Below are positions 61,607 to 64,000 of a DNA stretch of 64,000 nt, piece after piece (position 1 is the first letter of the stretch; each line of letters opens with the position of its first letter). The stretch lies in the NCBI GenBank assembly GCA_032123335.1, contig JAQBFN010000050.1, positions 904-64,903 of the forward strand. The letters are read 5' to 3'. The notes below the pieces were generated by a model. The model ran no database searches, was not told where the DNA came from, and saw only the letters and a program-made list of their open reading frames with translations. A program made the position numbers and the translations under genes. Origin of the DNA: Candidatus Micrarchaeota archaeon (lineage in GTDB: Archaea; Micrarchaeota; Micrarchaeia; Anstonellales; Bilamarchaeaceae).

Positions 61607-62857
61607 ATGCCAAAAAAGAATTTTTATGGTTTGCTGGAAAAGGAAATTGGAAGGATTGACGAATCAAAAACCTCAAAGAGGCACGAGAAGGTGATTTCTG
61701 GGTTTACTCCTGAACATAGGGCGATAATTGGAGGCAAGCCCTACCTCATATTCAATTCAAATGATTATTTGGGCCTAAGGCACCACCCCGCTGTGAAAAA
61801 GGCGGAAATGGACGCTTCCGAAAGGTATGGGGCCGGCCCGGGCGCGGTCAGGTTCATTTCCGGCACGATGCAGGTTCATACGGATCTGGAAACGACTGCC
61901 GCAAAGTTCCACGGAAGGGAGGATGCGATGGCGTTTTCTTCCGCATTTGCCGCAAACCTTGCGGTCCTCCATTGCATAATCAAGGGGCAGAGCAGGACCT
62001 CTTTGGTTGGTCGGGATGCCTTGGTAATAAGCGATGAATTGAACCACCGGAGCATAATTGACGGAATAAGGGTTGCGGGGCTGGAGAAGCAGAGCAAGGC
62101 GATTTACAAGCACATGGATTATGATGATCTTGAGCGTGTCCTTGAAGAGAATAAGGGAAAATTCAAGAGGGTTCTCCTGGTAAGCGACGGAATCTTTTCC
62201 ATGCTCGGAGAATGCGGGGACATTGGAAAGATCCAGGCTGCCGCAGACAAGTATAATGGGGAATACGAGGAAGGCGTAATAACCGTGATTGATGACAGCC
62301 ACGGGGTTGGCTGTTTTGGGGCTACCGGGAGAGGCTGCGAAGAGGCAACTAACGGGAAATCCGATATTATTCTTGCGACTTTCGGAAAGGGTTTTGGAGT
62401 CGACGGAGGGTATGTGGCAGGGGACAAGGTGATGATGGATTACTTGAGGGAATCCGCCGCAACCTATATCTATTCCAACCCGGTTGCACCCGGAACCGCC
62501 GGTGCGGCCTGCAAATCAATGGAGATTGTGGATTCTCCTGAGGGGGAGGCACTTCTTGAGAAATTAAATGGCAATATTGCCTATTTCAAAACCAAGATGA
62601 AAGAAACAGGGTTTGTTTTTGCAGTTGATTCGCCCCATGCAATCCAGCCTCTTCTCATAGGGGATGCCGCAAAAGCCCGTTTGCTTACGGACAGCCTATT
62701 TGAGGAGGGCGTGCTTGTAACGAATATCAGCTTCCCGGTTGTCCAGAGGGGAAGGGATGAAATCCGGGTGCAGATAAGTGCGGCGCATAGCAAAAAGGAT
62801 ATCGACGAGTTCGTGGAAAAGGCGTCCAGGTGCGCGAAGAAATCCGGGATTTTATAA
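61607..62857 (+). CDS. kbl: glycine C-acetyltransferase (2-amino-3-ketobutyrate CoA ligase)
   Basis: Alpha-oxoamine synthase family: NDYLGL, DDSHGVG, TFGKGFG (PLP-Lys). ATG 61607 preferred over GTG 61598. Confidence 0.85.
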   Translation: MPKKNFYGLLEKEIGRIDESKTSKRHEKVISGFTPEHRAIIGGKPYLIFNSNDYLGLRHHPAVKKAEMDASERYGAGPGAVRFISGTMQVHTDLETTAAKFHGREDAMAFSSAFAANLAVLHCIIKGQSRTSLVGRDALVISDELNHRSIIDGIRVAGLEKQSKAIYKHMDYDDLERVLEENKGKFKRVLLVSDGIFSMLGECGDIGKIQAAADKYNGEYEEGVITVIDDSHGVGCFGATGRGCEEATNGKSDIILATFGKGFGVDGGYVAGDKVMMDYLRESAATYIYSNPVAPGTAGAACKSMEIVDSPEGEALLEKLNGNIAYFKTKMKETGFVFAVDSPHAIQPLLIGDAAKARLLTDSLFEEGVLVTNISFPVVQRGRDEIRVQISAAHSKKDIDEFVEKASRCAKKSGIL

Positions 62858-62995
62858 TTTTCTTTTTTTCTTTCCTACAATTCCAGCCTTTCCCCTTTCT
62901 CCACGGCTTCAAGTTTAAGGTTAAAATGCACTATTGCTTCTGAAGCAGCTATTTCTTCCCCTTACCAGAACTCTCCACCCATGCCTGCCCCAGAT

Positions 62996-63988
62996 TCAAT
63001 ACCTAATCAATTTCCCATTTTCAAAAACCCTGGTAACTCCTTCCGTCCGCTTTTTAATACAAATTCCCTCAAAACTCGATTCACATCCTCCGTATTTCGC
63101 AGATATTTTTCCAGACCGGTCTATGTTTATATCTTCTATGCTGCCAGGTGTGCTGGGAGCAAAAACAGTGCTCTTAAGCTCTCTTGAAATAACTGCAGCT
63201 AACCCATTTTTGGTAGCCCCGGTTGAGCAGGATTCCAGGATTATTGTGGGGTGAGGGGAGAAACAACCTCTTAATCTGCGAATTTCCTTAGAGTCCGAAA
63301 CATCGAGAATTCTTTTTTCTGCAAAGCCTTTTCCTAGCCATAATCCTGTTGGAGACCCATGCCCACTCAGTATCATGGCGGTTATGGCCCCATGAGTTTT
63401 TGCAACAAAGCGGACTCTTTTGTAAAATTCCCTCTCATCTTTTGATTCTATAACGAAGATTGCGTATTGTTTTTCTATTTGAGTCATCGTGGACCAGTAG
63501 GTATCATCAAATGCCCCATTCCAGTCATCGTCGGGATGTGCCAGTAGCAATATGGGCTTGGTTTGTTCCCGTGTTTGCGTATTTGCTGCAATTTCTTTTA
63601 GCCAAGGTTCCATACTCACCCTTCTACGCTTGTCATACTCTTTTTTGTAGATGTAGGCAGTATACCTGGCAAAATGGGTAATCCCATAGTCTTTATAGAG
63701 CCTTTTTGTGAGCTCGGGCCCAATCTCGTTAACTGCATAAAGAAAATCGGTATTGATGCGGGAAGAAGGAAATCCAAGTCTCGTTGCCAATTTTTTAGCT
63801 TCTGAATCTGTCAGTACAGGTTCTTCTGCAGGCTCCAAAATCGCTTCAGCACGCATTTTCCGGAGTTCCTCATTAGAGTACTGGGAGATAAGGCTGATTT
63901 TCTGTGCAGAATCCTTAGCTTCTGAATTTTTATGCAACCAGAATCCCCCGCCGCTTGCTAACAGCAGGCTGATTCCTGCACCCATCAA
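62996..63988 (-). CDS. membrane-anchored protein with caspase-like (clan CD) His-Cys dyad motifs
   Basis: N-terminal TM helix. AITAMILSGHG, then about 44 aa, then PTIILESCSTG. Each is a hydrophobic strand followed by a catalytic-type residue, as in the C14/CHAT families. Confidence 0.55.
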   Translation of the reverse strand: MMGAGISLLLASGGGFWLHKNSEAKDSAQKISLISQYSNEELRKMRAEAILEPAEEPVLTDSEAKKLATRLGFPSSRINTDFLYAVNEIGPELTKRLYKDYGITHFARYTAYIYKKEYDKRRRVSMEPWLKEIAANTQTREQTKPILLLAHPDDDWNGAFDDTYWSTMTQIEKQYAIFVIESKDEREFYKRVRFVAKTHGAITAMILSGHGSPTGLWLGKGFAEKRILDVSDSKEIRRLRGCFSPHPTIILESCSTGATKNGLAAVISRELKSTVFAPSTPGSIEDINIDRSGKISAKYGGCESSFEGICIKKRTEGVTRVFENGKLIRY

Positions 63989-64000
63989 TAGGTATGGGGC

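Overview
Motif-level reading only; no searches were run. The window is a gene-dense chromosomal segment that most likely comes from a small-genome archaeon, possibly DPANN-like (inference). Supporting signs are an archaeal-type Mre11, TrmB/ArsR wHTH regulators, a short CDP-alcohol phosphatidyltransferase, TATA/BRE-like promoters with oligo-T terminators, GGAGG/GGTGA ribosome-binding sites, and two tRNAs without encoded CCA. I recognised no rRNA, CRISPR array, transposase or integrase. Housekeeping content: tRNA-Leu(UAG), tRNA-Arg(CCG), two paralogous DEAD-box helicases, MsrA, MsrB, CspA-like protein, cyclophilin, MscL, SfsA, an APC permease, an ABC-2 exporter pair, an AI-2E transporter, a CPA2 antiporter, SDR, GT2, GNAT, HAD, and a divergent tdh/kbl threonine-catabolism pair. 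The accessory content is unusually rich in exported proteins: lipobox (L/F-A/S-G-C) or TM anchor, then a Pro/Glu-rich acidic spacer, then an enzyme or Cys-rich domain. Some of these carry eukaryote-like modules (thrombospondin type-3 repeats, ankyrin x3, AT-hook) or HExxH metalloprotease, transglutaminase-like, C45/Ntn or caspase-like cores. Four exported proteins end in a Cys-containing C-terminal anchor resembling CGP-CTERM. The most unusual feature is a coding-free 0.6 kb interval (18.8-19.4 kb). It holds two tandem, paralogous, independently promoted and terminated structured RNAs (~230-250 nt) that I could not assign to any known RNA family. Other candidates are an ATP-cone/Mrr-type nuclease next to an orphan receiver protein, a wHTH-HEPN pair, an EF-Tu/SelB-like protein lacking a P-loop, twin small zinc-ribbon genes, and a DUF5320/permease/NifX-like/radical-SAM cluster. 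Many track ORFs antisense to strong genes are shadow ORFs and were not called.
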